Notes under the pieces: generated by a model
Databases searched by the model: none
Told to the model about the DNA's origin: nothing
What the model saw: only the letters and a program-made list of their open reading frames with translations
Position numbers and translations under genes: made by a program
Assembly (NCBI GenBank): GCA_036172245.1
Contig: JAYWIR010000008.1
Coordinates: 992,001-1,056,000, forward strand
Length of the DNA stretch: 64,000 bases
Origin: Raillietiella orientalis
Lineage: Eukaryota
Direction of reading: 5' to 3'
Shown here: positions 46,101-60,061 of the stretch, in pieces
Layout: every line of letters begins with the position of its first letter
Numbering within the stretch: position 1 is the first letter of the stretch

Positions 46101-49100
46101 TGCTCAAGATGCGAGGACGTTCGGACCGCGCGGAAACGAACCGCCCGCTTCTGCGCATCCCAATCGCGCAGTTGCTTCCGCTTCCCTTTCAGGTGGAGCG
46201 GGCCCGGCCGCGCAGCGCGGAAACAGGATGTGAAGCGGGACCAAGTCGCGCTCTCGGATCCTCCTCTCCAGACTTCTCGATTTCTGGGGTCGCTCCACCG
46301 CCCGGCTGGGATTCCGAATACGCGGATGGCCATGTGCTCTTTGGCGGCCATTGAGCTTTTTCCCTGCCGAGAGCATGCGGCTTCCATTTCGGTGTTCAAG
46401 GCGCCCTCCCCTTCCGAGACGCCGACGCTTGTGCTTCGCACGCGGCCGCGGGTCCCATTTCACCAGGAGAGGAAGCCATGGCAACGGCTGCGGCTGCCAG
46501 CGGTGACCGACCGTCATAGAGCGCCGGTTCCTCTTAGCTTCGATCGGCATAAAGGTCGCGAAAGCGAGCTGGAAGACGCGCAAATTCGGCAGTTCCGGCG
46601 GAGCAGATGGTCCCGGCGTGGCAGATGCGTCGACATGGCGGCGCCGGCACCAACGCTGGCAGTTCCCATGAGCCGTCCCTTCTCGATAAGCTGATCGTGT
46701 TTTTACATATATCGTACTTATCGACTCCCGGAAGGCGATTGTCAAGGAGCATCCGCGATTATCTATAGCTATCAAATCGTCGCGCGAAATCCCACGCGTG
46801 TCGGGAGGGGGACTCTCGCTGTGGCTGTTGGTTGTCCCGCTGGGCTCAGGTTCCACGTCTGGAAGCAGCTCACACGATCCGGACCGAGACGGAAGGACAA
46901 GGTAATGGGCGGTTTCATTGTGACCCTTCCCCCCCTCTTATCTCCCCCTCCCCCCTGAATGGGGCTGGAGTGGCGCGCTTCCTTCTGCTCGCTGGCCTTG
47001 GGGATTTTCCCTTTCCGCCTGGACTGCGGGGGGGAGGCTCCTCGTTCCTCCGTGAGGGCCATGTCCCGCCGTTCGGGTGCTGCCTGGAACCGTGCTGCGC
47101 GCTCGCAGAACAGAGTTCTGGAAGTGCGCTTCGAACACACCTTCGGCACGGGATCGGGAAGCGAAGGTGGGGAGGAGGGTCCGCTTGGATGATGCTGGTG
47201 ATGATGGTGGTGGGTCCCCGGAAGCGGGGGGGGGGAGGATTTTCCCGCGTTTGTTAGGCTCGGCGGACGATCGGGTGCGGCGGGTTGCCGCCACCGGCTC
47301 CCCTTCAGGGGTCATGCGGAATCGGTGCTTCCGTTTCCCTTGATATTGAGGACGCCTTGGCGTGTCCGTGACCTGGGGGTGGTCAGCAAGCCGTATTCCG
47401 GCTCCGAGCTCTTCTGCAACCCACTGTTTGCCGCACCAGGGTGCTCTCTCGTCAGTGAGGCGGTGCATTCGAACGGCTGGGCTTCAGAAGCGCTTCCGAC
47501 CGCCGCTCACGGCTTCGCGAGGCCAGGAGTTGGACGTGACCACCTGCTCCTCGGCTGCTGCTCCTCCGCTGCGAGCGTCCCTCCCTGTCCGGGAAAGAGC
47601 GGCGTCGAAAGCCCCTACGGTGTCAGCGGACAGCGACGTGCGGCCGCTCGACGGAGTCGAAATGTTGCTGTAACACGACCAGATCGTCCTTGTCCTCCAG
47701 CGCGCTGAGAGCCGGCAGGTCCTGCGGTTTAGATCTGCTGCCGCCACCGAATGAGGGGGTGGGTGGGGGGCGAGGAGGACCTCTCTCGGAATACAAGGCG
47801 GCTTCCCCTTTGGGACGCGGCGGCGCTGGAGCGCTCCTCGACGCCGTGTGCGCTCTGCCGCAAGGCGCTGCCGCCACGTTCTCCCTTTCGGTCTTCGTCA
47901 ATTCGGGTCGGAGGCCGTCGTCGTGTTGACGCTCGGGTTTTCCCGTGTTCCGCGGAAGAGCGGAAAGCTCTCGAAAGGGCGCATCGTAAAAAGCGGGGAG
48001 AAGTTGCGGCTGCAGCATCTGCCCGAAAAGGGCGATCCAACACAAAGCAAAGGAATCACGCAGACCGCATCTGAATGCAGATTATGGGGGCTAGGGAAAG
48101 GGTCCCCGAGAAAGGAAAAATTTAGCTGGGAAGAATGCGTGAAATGGGAGGGAGGGAAGGGAAGGGGGGGAGGGGGAAAGGTCTTCGAGCTCCACGCGCG
48201 CTTTTCGATGCAGGACGATAACTGCCCCCAGCTACGACTCTCGTTCGAAGTCCTCATCGGACGACAGGCTGAAAGATATCGATCCCTGCATGCAAAAGGG
48301 GAAAGTGAGAGGACGAGGGAGACTTCTGCCAGGCTGCACTTTTGTTCCCGCAGGAGCGCATGGCAGGGAGGCCAAGGAGGCTGGGTGCCTTGTCCTAGCT
48401 GCAGCCTCTGCGAGGATCAGGGGGAAGAAAAGTCCCGTTCCTCGACCGGCGTCGAGGGACGGGGGCGAGGGCGCAACGTGCAGGGCATGAGGAATGGGGG
48501 GCGTTCCTTTCTGGGAGGCAGAACAAAGCGAGCAGCAGCGCTAGAGCAGGCGAAGTGCTTGGTGGGAGAGTCAGACGCGACGCGCGCAAATGGAGCCCTC
48601 CGGAAAAACCGGAAAGGGAAAAGCGAGGAGTGGAAGATGTCAGCCGGCCGGCAGGTCTCCGGGAGGGCAGAAATGCGGGAGAAGGGGGGATGAAAGAATA
48701 GAAAGGGCTCGCCCGACCGTCCGGAGCCGGGTTTGCGGGCTCCTCGGGTGGCGGCAGCAGCAGCCATGGTGAAGCTGCGACGCGGGCTCTCATGGACTTC
48801 GGCGGCGCCACTTTGAAATCCCAGCACGACTGCGAGCGAGAGTCGCGGCGCAAGCGTCACCAGGGAAAGATCATTCCGCTCTGACAAGGGTAGGAAGGAA
48901 AACATGCTGCTATATCTCCGAGGAGAAACCCGACCATTGCGGCACCCCTGACACCATGGCCCTCTACCCTCCCTTAAAGACTTTCAATTCAGCAAAAGTG
49001 TCTCCACCTTCCTTCCCGGGACGAATCTCCTCTTCAAAGAGAGAGAAAGGAGATGGGAGATGCCCTGTCGAGAGTCTCAACTAGGACTCTTCGCAGTCAT

Positions 49101-49143
49101 TGTGTTCTCCTCTAACCCGTAGGTCTCTTGATAAGACGTAACC

Positions 49144-52100
49144 ATGGACACGGGAATGGAGGTAACCACGTTGGGAACCCGGCTGCTGCTGACGTTGGCC
49201 ATAGTCCTGGCTGCAGTGCGTTCGTGCAGCTCGACAGCAGGTAGGACCGCAATCAACTCCTGGAAAAGGTCCGTTCCATGTAAAAGGGAGTGGGGCGGGG
49301 GGCGGAATTCCCCCTCCGTCGGTCGATCCTGCCTGTGGATCGGAGGAGGAGGGTAGAAAGAAGTAGCGATAGACATCCATCGCCTTGAGGGAGAGACCCC
49401 GAACGTCCTCCTCCGACCTGGGGCTGCTACTGAAGAGAAAAAGGAAGGTTTGAAGGATGCAGCAACTACTTCCCTGTATGTGACCAGCGACGCGAGGGGG
49501 AAGGAAGGATCGCCGTTTCCCACAACGGCGCTGCCTGCCGGAGGAAGGGGAAGGAATCGTCTCCTGGCCCCTTCCCTGGAGTCCTTGCTCCTTCCCTCCT
49601 GTACATCCTTCCCTCAAAAGACTTGGGAAGGAAGCAGTGCCCTCGTCCCGCTACCTGTCGCTTTGGAAACGCAAGGGCAGGAGCAGCTCCGGGATGCTCT
49701 ACTTCCACAGGGAACCATTCTCGGAATGAGGATCCTCCGCTGGAAGCTGACGGAAGACTCTTCTCGTTTCTTGAACATCCTGCCGGCCACCCGGGTCGGC
49801 CGTACGCCTCTCTTCCGGGGAAGAGAGGCGTTCCCCTCTACCCGGTTCCTCCGGCAAGCGTGTTCCGCGGCCAAGAGCTTCCGGAGGCCTCACACCCAAG
49901 AGGGAGATGGTGGCAGGGCGAGGGCAGCTTCTTCCCTTCATCTCCCTCCTCATTCCCTTCCAAAGGGCGGAGGAGACTCCTCTGCCCGATGGAAGGGAGT
50001 CCTTTCGTCCCCGTTCCTAATGGCACGTCTCCAAGGTTACGGCGTGGTCGGCGTCTGCGGCTACACCCCGGCCGAGAACAGCACCAATGCGACGGCGGCG
50101 CTGATGGAGAACCTAGAGTTACTGGAGAATGGAGTCAAAGTGGCGAACCAGAGCGTGAGTGACCTCTCTTCACTCTCCTTCCATCGTCTCTCCTACCAGT
50201 CCGTGGACCTGCTGGTATTCCCGGAATACGGGCTGACGTCCTTGAACTTCTCGCTAGACGACAAAACCCTCAATTCTATCTTGCAACGTGTGGGCTCCCC
50301 GGGCTGGAACCCCTGCAACCAGCGTCATCAGGCAAAACAGACGGAGGTAAGAGAGTTCTCACCATTCCATGTTCCCCTTCTCTTTGGGGGAGCATGGCAG
50401 AGAGGGATAAAACGAGGGACGCCCTCTCGTTCCTTTCGCAGGCCCTGCGGAGGATCAGCTGCATCGCCCAGCGGTACCAGATGTACCTCGTGGTCAACTT
50501 GGGAGAGATCGCGAGCTGCAAACGCGGCGAGGACAAGTGCTCCAAGGATGGGACGGTCGGGTACAACACCGAAGTCGTGTTCGACAGGAAAGGGACCATA
50601 GTGGCCAGGTCAGCTGCACGCAAGAGGCGGGCACGGCGGCCGAGGCTGTGCCCCTCTTCCCGCTCCGCAACGGCAGGATCAGGAAGAAAAGCCTCGCACC
50701 TCGGCCTTCCTGGAGAGAATGTTCCCATCGGCTTGTTGTGCAAGATTAAGGGGGGCAGGCGGAGAATGCCAGGGAGAAAGAAGGGTGTGAAGGGCGGGCA
50801 GGCACTTCACGGTACACATTGCCAGCAAAAGAAACAAACTGTTTGTCCGAATCTGAAAGCCGTCGGCGCGAGACACAGGCAGAAGCTCTGTCCGAGTCTG
50901 CTCCCAGAGCCGTGGCATCTCTGGAACGGGGAACCTCCGGTGCACTCTGCCTTTCTCTCGCAAGAGTCGCTAGCAGCCGCTTGGTATCCAGTTCATCCCC
51001 GAGATCAAACATGCATTTTTCAAAGAGATTCACCTGAATGAGCACAGAGGTGCCGCGGATTGCTAGGAACTTTATTCAGAACTCGAATGGCTTCTCTCCT
51101 TCCCTCCCTCCGCTATCCCCTCGTTCTACCGGGAATAATCATCGATGATTGGCGGTCGAACTAGCAGTTTGTGGTAGTGCAGCTGTGGCTATAGCAAGGC
51201 GAATTCCGCTATTCATCGTTACTTAAGGTATTCCTCACCTCATACCGAGTACAGCGACCCACGTGCATGAATTGCAAAGCGGTGCCAGGCAGTTTCGTCT
51301 TCGACGCGTGGCCTCCGCAGGCAGTTTAACGGAAGAGGACTTACCGAAGACTCACAGGAGCCTTTGGTAAGTCCTCAAAACAAAGTGATTCACCATATGT
51401 GCAAAAGTAAGGCACCTCTACGAGGCTCCCCTGCAAAGAATCTCACCAGACCTTGAATCACGGAAAAGACTGCTTTCTCGCTCGGCTTTACCGAGAAGCC
51501 GGACTGCAGCTTCCGCCGTTAACACGCGGGAGAGCACGACTTGCACTTGCAAGAAGCGCTTGGCCCCCTTTGCTTGAGCGTCTCCGAAGATGGCGCTCGC
51601 GGATTGAGGGTTTGCATGCGCCTTCCTACGTAACTTTGGAAGGGGGGCAGGAAGGGAGAGGCCTTTTCGAGCAGCGCTTACGGCGAACCGACGTTGCGAC
51701 AGGACGTTTCCCAGAAATCTTATCTCGTGTGCTCATCGCTCGGCTGCGCCGCACTTTTTGGAACCGCCTTCCGATCCCAGACCCTCCTCCCGCGCCCCGC
51801 CATCCCTTCTCGAGAAGCGATAATCGTCACACAACTGGGGGGCTGAGTGCTCGCGCGACGAAGAGCACTGCTTCCTCATCGGCTCCTGGAAACTTCGGAT
51901 CGTTTGATAAGGCGCGTGCGCTCCGCTCTCGGGCGTTTTTTTCCTTTTTTGAAAAAACAAAAAAAAAATTCCTGCGGGCCCTTACCGCAAGTAGAAATCC
52001 TTCGGAACGGTTGCCCGGACAGCCCCTGCCGCCGACCATACGGATATTCAGTCGAGACGGCGCATGGTGCTTTCGAAAGGGGAGGGCGTTTGCTGGAGAC

Positions 52101-54149
52101 GGAGGTCACACCCAGGATCAGGAGTGGGAGCGACCTCCCAGCTCACGAGGCCCGCGGGTGTTCTTCAAGGCCCGCTGAGCGGTCCGACGAACGCGGTGCG
52201 GGGGGGAAACACGCACGGCACGCAACGCGAAGAGACTTTCGCGCAAGCGCGCGATGAGCCAACAGACACCCCAGCAGCACGGGTCCATCCGAAGTGCTGG
52301 CTGCGGATCGAGAGGAAAACCTGAGCTGGGAAAGCAGCGCATGAGCCCGTCTCTCTCCCCCCCCCCATTCCCCCCTCCCCCTTCTCTTCTTCTTCTCACA
52401 GCTTTCTTTTTTTTCCCCTCCTTCCCGTAGGTACCGGAAGAGGAACCTCTACTTTGAAAAGAAATTCGCAACGCCGAAGCTGGAACTGGTGACCTTCAAG
52501 ACGGATTTCGGAATCGAATTCGGGTTGACGATCTGCTTTGACATAATGTTCGACAAACCGCTTTTGGCCCTCATCAAGCAGAAAGGGGTGCGCTACATCA
52601 TCCACAGCCAGGCATGGGTCGACCAGCTGCCCTTCTTCCTCGGTGAGCCCGCACGCCTGGTCTCTGAGAGCGTCCCCCCTTCCCTTTCCGCGCTGTTCCA
52701 GAAACGGGACGCGGGGGCACGGTGAGGAACCCAGGGAGGCATCCCTTTTGGCTACCGGTTGCCCCTCATTCCCCGCAATGAGGAGACGTGAGAAGCTCGC
52801 GCACGGAGAAGGGCAGAAGGGAGGACGGAAAGGAAGACGGTTTTTCGGGGAGCAGACGAGAGGGAGAGGGTGCAATCCTCACTCTCCTGGGATCCCGCTA
52901 GGGCATCCACCTGCTGCCACCTTCGTCAGCGACTGGAAGGGCGGGAGCGCTCTCGCCGCCGCCGCTCTGGGTGGCTTTACGGGGCGGCGGGGGGAGGGGA
53001 AGGAAAGGCAAAGGTCGACAGCCTCCGCGGCATCTGCCGGGATACTTCCGAACTAACCGAAATGCTCGTGCCGCCCGGCAGAGTGCGCGTGAGCCTCGGC
53101 GCGTCCTCGCACCCTCCACCGCACCGAGGGACCAAGGAGTCTCTGGCCCTCGGTGCCGGGCAGCAGAGTCCGAACACCCTCGAGCCCTCCTCCGCGTGCG
53201 CATCATTACGAAGCTCTGTTCCCTTCCAGCGCACCAGACTCTGGACAGCTTCGCGAAGGCACTGAAAGTCACCATAATAGCCTCCGGCTACCACTACCCA
53301 CAGTTCGGGAGGTTGGGAAGCGGCATCTTTCTTCCGGAGGAGGAATCCATCTATAGCTACAGCCTAGATGCCCCCGGGATAGTGACGACCTGGATACGTG
53401 ACGAGGATGCTCCTCCCAATGTCAGGAAGAACCCGTCCCAGCTGCGGGAGACGCCGAGTGAGGCACCACCTCCTCTTCCGCCGCCGCTCATTCCGAAAAA
53501 CGCCGGCGTCATTACCGACCCCGACCCCAACTGGACGCAGGGCCTGGACCCGAGCCACTCCGTCCTGACCCTCAACATGAAGAATTTCTCCAAGAGCAGC
53601 CTGCTGAATTATAAGAAGGGCGCCGTCACCGTCTGTGACGGAGCCTTCTGCTGCTTCCTCGACTACGAGTGGGACAAATTACCGGGAGACAAGGTCTACT
53701 ACCGCCTGGTGGCCACAGCGCATGACAACCGCATCAAGGATGCCTACTCCTGGAAGCAGCAGGTCTGCAGCCTGGTGCTGTGCGAGGACCCCGGTGAGGA
53801 CCTTTCCGGCTGCTCCAAGCACGGCCACCTGATCGCCAACGAGGTGCGGCTGAACAAATTCCGGCTGAGCGCCGTCTTCAGCACTGATTTCGTGGCGCCC
53901 AGTGTCCTCCTCACCAGCCTCGAGCTCGACCAGACTTGGCACTGGTTCCGCATCCCGGAGGGCGATGGGGTCCACGTCCGTGCGGTAATGTACTCCCGGG
54001 AGCCCATCTCGGATCCCATCCAGTCCCTGACACTCTACGGGAAGATCTACTCGCTGTCCCGCGCCGGCGATACACGGGCCTCCATTCGCGTCAGTGTCGT
54101 CTGTGCGGCAGCCCTACTCGTCGCCTGGAGGCTCTTTGGATTCACCTAA
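49144..54149 (+). CDS. Vanin/pantetheinase (biotinidase family, nitrilase fold), ~553 aa; exons 49144-49240, 50036-50154, 50200-50346, 50442-50608, 52431-52642, 53230-54149
   Basis: Signal peptide, catalytic triad contexts LLVFPEYGL (E), ARYRKRNLY (K) and TICFDIMF (C), YNTEVVFDRKG, AWVDQLPF, GSGIF, VCDGAFCC base domain, and a hydrophobic GPI-like tail. The stop overlaps AATAAA. The start could be ATG 49156. Confidence 0.93.
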
Positions 54150-55402
54150 TAAAAGAAGGCCCCGCTGCTGACCCTACCCGCTGACTTGTCTTCGCACTCG
54201 GCGCCCTCGGTCCTTCCAGGATCCCACGCCTCGTGCCGGCTGCCCTGCGCTCACAGGATGAGTCTCTGGCAGGGTGGCTCCTCAGACGACGGCGAAACCC
54301 TCTGCTACCCAGCGGCTCCAGTCTTGCCGGGCCACTGCGGAGCGGAGGGAGAGAAGGTCAATGTCGACTCTGCTCGGTCCTTTCAAAGGGACGGCGCGAG
54401 TCCACCGAGCACACCCCACCCTTCCTTTCCAGGCCTGGTCGGTCCATCGTACACCCCTACCACCCCAATCCCCCTCATTACCCAGCGGAGCGAAGGTACC
54501 CCTTGCGGCTTCCCTTCTTCTCTATGCAAGTGCACCTGCTGCTGTCGGAGAGGTCAAGGTCGCTCGCCTCCCTCCGCCCTCGCCTCGGGCTCGACTACGT
54601 GAGGGCGAGCGGAGGGTGCCGTCTGGCCCTGGATCAGTTCCCCGCTTCCGGGAGTGGGAGAGGAGAAGAGCTATCCACGGCTTCGCCTGCGGTGACTGAC
54701 ACCATCGCGACCTGCGGCAGCAGCGAGTTATCGTTAGCACTTCCCGGTGGTACCTGAGTAGAAGACAACCGGAATCTCTTCTTCCATCCTCTTCCGAGCA
54801 CGTTCGTCTTCTGCCACAGCACTCCGGAAGTGGCCGATGAGGTGGCCGCACTTCGTTGTGACCAGCGAGCTGCGTGGCCAGAACGGCGACAGCCGTTTCT
54901 AGGTCTGCCCGGGAACACTTCGAAGAGAGCACTTGGCAAGCCTGAAAGCTGTCTTTCACCGGGACTGCCGGACCGTCTCGGAAACCCAGCACTCTTGCGT
55001 GTCATCGTGGGCTTTTCTTTTTCCGAGGAAGAGTCGCTTGCACTTGGCACGGGGAAACCTTCCTCGATCTGCATGGCGTTCGTGTACTTTCGTGTTTTTG
55101 TGCGTCTGGGTCGCTGCCTGCGTGTCCGTGACAAAACCGATTAAACAGCAAAGGGATCGTCCAAGTTGGGTGACCTGATAGGACGGACTAAACGCGTTAT
55201 TATTTCAGCTGACGCTCGGCCTTCACCCCTGGTAGGGTACTCGAAGGGTAGAGGCGCCCACCTCGGGGTCGCCTTGAAGACAAAGCCCGCGCCTTCCGAC
55301 TCGCGAGATTTTCCAGCGCTCGACCAAAGCAACAGGAGACGCGCAGCCGATAAGAAAAATTTGAAAATGCGGATCCGCTTGAATTTGACATGCTCCATTT
55401 CT

Positions 55403-57250
55403 TCATGGGCTGCCTGTCCCTGGCCCCTTCAGTGTTCCCAGGATCATCTCATGGGTTGCTGTCCCGAAGACATTTGCGAAGTCCATGAAGACTGTCCAGA
55501 AATCACGTGACCAGCGGCGAGAAGAGTCCAGTCTCGTCTGGAGAACGAAGTTTCGTTTTTCCAGCATCCCGTCGAAGGACAGGAAGCCCTTCTGTTGGGC
55601 GGCAACCGCTTCACTCCTCACGATCCAGATCCTGAGTCTGGAGGTCGGGCATTTGGCATGCAGCCTATAGACGCAGTTTCCGACGGACGCTGGTCTTCAG
55701 CTGGAGATGTCTTCTGCTGCTGAGGGGCTCATCGCGAAGAGTGAGCTGTTCTGGTACACTTCCACTGCTCCGAAGTCCGGCGAAACTTTTTCAGTAAGTT
55801 GAATATTGCCGTCAGCATTTCTGCCTCTATATCCACTCCCCTCCAGCCAGCACACGTGATTCCATCCACTGAAGCTGAATAGCCTTCGTCATTGCGTAGT
55901 ACTACCATTTCCTTCCCTGTGAATGGAGAAAAATCTAGGGGTTCCCTGGTTCTTCCCAGGAGTATCCTTCTTGGGAGGAAATGAGTCTCTATAGGACTCA
56001 TATTCCGTCCCTAGCTGCCAATGGAGATGCTTCTTTAGTATCTCTGGTTCTATTTTACACATGTGGTCTTGTTGGCCCGGAATGACTCTGATTGTCCTTT
56101 TCCTGTTTATGCTGTAGAGCTTCTGGATGGAAGATCCGTCTCTCGGGTCGGTTCTCGGTCTCCTGCCGCTCTTCATCCCTGCCTCAATTCTCAAGATTTC
56201 GCATGTTTTCCACCAAACAGAGATTGGTATGCCATGAGGAAGTCCTCTCAGCTGGACTTTCCTTCGTCCAGCATCCTCTGGAGTCGAATTCTCCATCTGG
56301 TGAATTGCAAGGAGCAATCTACCTTCCGTATTCGCTTTCTTCTGCTGCTCCTTGGGCTCTCCATCTTCTGCACCGTTTTAGCTTTGCTTCTTTCTTGAGC
56401 AAGCCTTTCTTGTTCATCCTTCTGAGAGTCTGACGCTGGGGGATGCTGACCCATAAGAAGAGGGGAGTTACACCATATTCTATAGCCAGCGGGAGCAGAT
56501 TGTATTTGGTCATCGTTCGTGCTTATGCATTATCTTCGATTCATGGACCTGTGATTGAGTGTAGATTGCCGAAAGAAAACCTCTTCCTTCATGTCTTCTG
56601 ATGGAGGCATCTCGGACTTTACTTTTCCCGGCATGCATCCCTCCCTCACGTGTTCTGGTTTCTGTGCCGTTTCTTGTATGACATATTTCCGACTTTCCTC
56701 TCCAAGTAGTTCCGCAGACGAGTCCCCCTCGTAGGCTACGTTCCCTCTTGCTTCTCCTCCGGTTGTGGATTGTCGTCCCCATCTGATCATGAAACAGACG
56801 AGACTTACACCGCAACCGTGGGAGCAGCAGAGGAGGGTTCTCCATCGCAGACGTGGTGCATCGCTGACGGTATGTCCACGCTGCATCTTCCGCATCTATG
56901 TTTCATTTGTACCTCCTGGATTGTGTGCGCAGCCATCATGTGCCGTTTTATCTTTTCCACCTGGAGGCGAACCACTGCAGGCCTGAGGATGTAGATGCAG
57001 CCAGTCACGCCGCAAGCCACTGATGACATCAGTGGAAATAGTAGGGTGACCACGCGAGCCTGCGGGTCTCATTCCATTCTTTTCACTGTTGACATCAGCT
57101 AGTATCTTGCATTCCGAATTCGAACCGATACAGATGTCATGATACAGATGAGACAGCATCCACGTGGATGTATTGCCGTGAGTTGGACGAACGGAAGGTG
57201 ACTTTCGGTGCAGACAAGCAGTTCCCAACCTATTCCTTAGGGCACTGGGC
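55403..57250 (-). mobile_element. NeSL/Utopia-like (RLE-type) non-LTR retrotransposon, decayed 5' portion
   Basis: N-terminal zinc fingers LLFPL..CGVTGC..KRHMMAAH..CGRC..HHVC; SSIQKLYSINRKRTIRVI; PFTGKEM..SASVDGIT..WR..AIFN..QWK; S*RPASVGNCVYRL; QQKGFLSFDG..NFVLQ; FMDFANVFGT.HE. The sequence stops before YADD. Confidence 0.85.
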
Positions 57251-60061
57251 AAACCACAGCATTAACAATTCCTTAAAAATACCTTCCTTGAAGTGGTATA
57301 TAAGGGTCACCTCATAAGGCCAACACTATCATTCAAGGGCCGCAGTTAGTGTATGATGGGTTTTTCGCTTTCATGGCATTCTTTCTTACCTTTGAGGATC
57401 CTTTACGTTTCACAGGATTCCATGCATTTTCATTCTTAATTCTTTATTGCACCTGTTTTTAAAAGATGAGCGTATTTTTATTTATCTGAGCATTTGCTTT
57501 TGATTTACTTTCCATCTTGTTGAGAAAGCATCTCTACAAGATGAATTTACATAATCTTGCATCATGTGTTGATTTCAGAGCACGTTTTAATTTCGACAAC
57601 GACAATGAGTGTTTGATTATGGAGAAGATGAAACTCGGGAAATAGGTTGTTTCGAATTATAGACATTTTGAATACTTTCATTTCAAACTGGATTTTGATC
57701 TCCCCCAAATTTAGCTTGCTTCCTCTCTTCTTAGGTATTCTAGAACTGTATAAAAGGAATCAAGAATTTGCAACGAAGAATGTGACCATTGAATGAGCGC
57801 TCGCGCGTACTTTCATGCATAAAAAGATACTGTAATTTGTTTTAAAAAATATTTTGCTTCGGATTGCTATTTCTATTTTCTGGTATGTAAAAATCAACGA
57901 CAATCCTGGCATCACTTGCAAAGCGCGCAACGAATTTGAGCCTGAAGTAAGAATGTGGATGCAAGTGAAATTTGGGTGTGGACAATGTCGGGTTCCTTGT
58001 TTTCACTTTCAGCCTCTTTCGGTAAACAAAAGTCAGCCAGCTGAAGTCTTTGCCAGTTTCACAATTGTGTGGGTAGTTTTATGCGCTGGTGTACGTGCGA
58101 CACATTTCGGTAGGGGTTGAGGGAAGTAATTCTTGTTGCCTAAAAAGAACTTTGTTACTGTGCATAATGGAGTCGGTCGTCTCGACCAAGTGGCTTCCCA
58201 GGTTCACTGTTTGTGGAATACATGTGCCCTGCATGTAGATAGGTCGGCATACTGATGCACTGCACAGCAAAGAAGTCTTTGCCTGGGAGAAAGTTGCAAT
58301 TACTGTTTCTCTGAAGCTGACTGCTGGCGGTGGTTTTTACTGTCCATCTGTTTGTCTGAATCTTCAGCAGTGTATGATGATTATTTCCCTTTTCGTAATT
58401 TTTTATTCAGAAGAATCATGTGCATGAAATGCAGTCATTTGCAGTTTTCAGCTCAAGCAATAGCAATAAATGCCAAATGAATTGCATTTTTAAAAGAATC
58501 TGAGTTTCACTGTATGGAAGACGGTATTTTTATTACCATTATCAGATTAATTCATGACTTTATACTTGTGTGTTTTCCTTTGCCTGCACATAGGCTTACA
58601 TTGTAGATCAAAATCTTAATTCTGTTATGCACTACTACATTCATTTGTACTCTGCATATCCTTAATTGTATACAGTAATTGGATGCACATATAAGTGTAA
58701 TACATTACATAAGTTGAAGAATGATAAGTAACACTGTTTGCAGATTTTTCTAATTCATGGTATGCTGCAAGTCCACACCCATCTTTGTGTGGACATGTGT
58801 TCCGGTCCACAATAATCATGTGGCCTACTAGGCCATTATAATTGAGCATATGTACATCTGCATTTATACAAGTGTGTTTATTCACACTATATATGCATTA
58901 CATCTCTGTTAGTAGTCACAAAGTGGGCTCAACACTTGACTTGCATTGTAGGTTCTCTGCTTTTTTGAAGAGTATGATTGAGCCCTGGTTTTTCCTCTTT
59001 TTGTTCCCTTAATGTCGCTCACCTTGAATTACTAATCCAACGTTTTTGGTGTACACCTTCTTCAACGTGTTGCATTCCAGTGTGTGGATTTCAGTTGTCC
59101 TTCATAAGTTGTTGTGGTGCTTGCAGAACTCCAAGCTGCAACGCGGAACAAACGAGACTTGACGAAACCCAATAATTGCATTCCGAAAGTACGTGCTGAT
59201 GCTGTCCTAAAGGAGAAACGTGAAACCTTCTGGTGGGGACATTCATCCCAGGGGCCCGACCCCTCCCGGTGGGAGTGCTCCGACGCCAGGAAGAGGAGGA
59301 GGAGAGCCTGAACTGCTCCTGGCGTGAGTGTCCTGCAGAGGAGGAGCGAAAATTCCTCAACCGTGGAAGCACACCCAAGCTTGCAGCATCCCGTTCGAGT
59401 GAAGATGTCACATCATCATATGGTGCAGTCCGAATCCCCGTGGCGTTTTAGCGTGGGCTCTGCCATCCTTGCGGTCCCTGTAGGCTGTAGGGGGTCCGCA
59501 CGTACGTGCAGCTGCCTTTTAAAGAGTGGAAAAAAACAAGCCTGTGGACCAGGATAATCCCGTACAGAGCACACACCACCAAACCAAGAAACCACAATAC
59601 GAAGCAGTAGTTATTATGTGCGTGCAAAAATATTGGCAGTGGGAGTTCATTCTGCCGTTTATTTTTAAGGGAAGCTCGTAAATCCCCTATTTCGATTTCA
59701 ACAGGAGTATTAACTTTCCCGAGCTAAAAATACAGGCAGAACCGCCGCCGGAATGGGCGCTGCGCGCAAGTACGTTGTGTTTGGTTTTTGCAGTTTCCGA
59801 GCCTCAGAGAAACCGAATAAACACTGCTCGATAAGATCCATTTTCGTGGTTCACCCAATGGGATTGTGAGATGGTCGATGGACTCGGGCAGTGCGATCAT
59901 GTGGTGATTACGTCGGATGCAGAGGAAACCGTTCCCGGCGAAGCTGCATCCGGGCTGGGCTTCGGATGCAGCATCGGAAACGGCAGGTTGGATTTTTGTG
60001 ACCGGGTGCGCTGGTCGCCTCCGGTCTGTTTCTTCTCCTCCTCCTCCTCCTCCTTCTTCTT

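Noticed and set aside
36430..49000. Many overlapping 100-320 aa ORFs outside the SLC19 exons
   Set aside because: Arg/Pro/Gly/Ser-rich, overlapping on both strands and motif-free; expected from high GC content.
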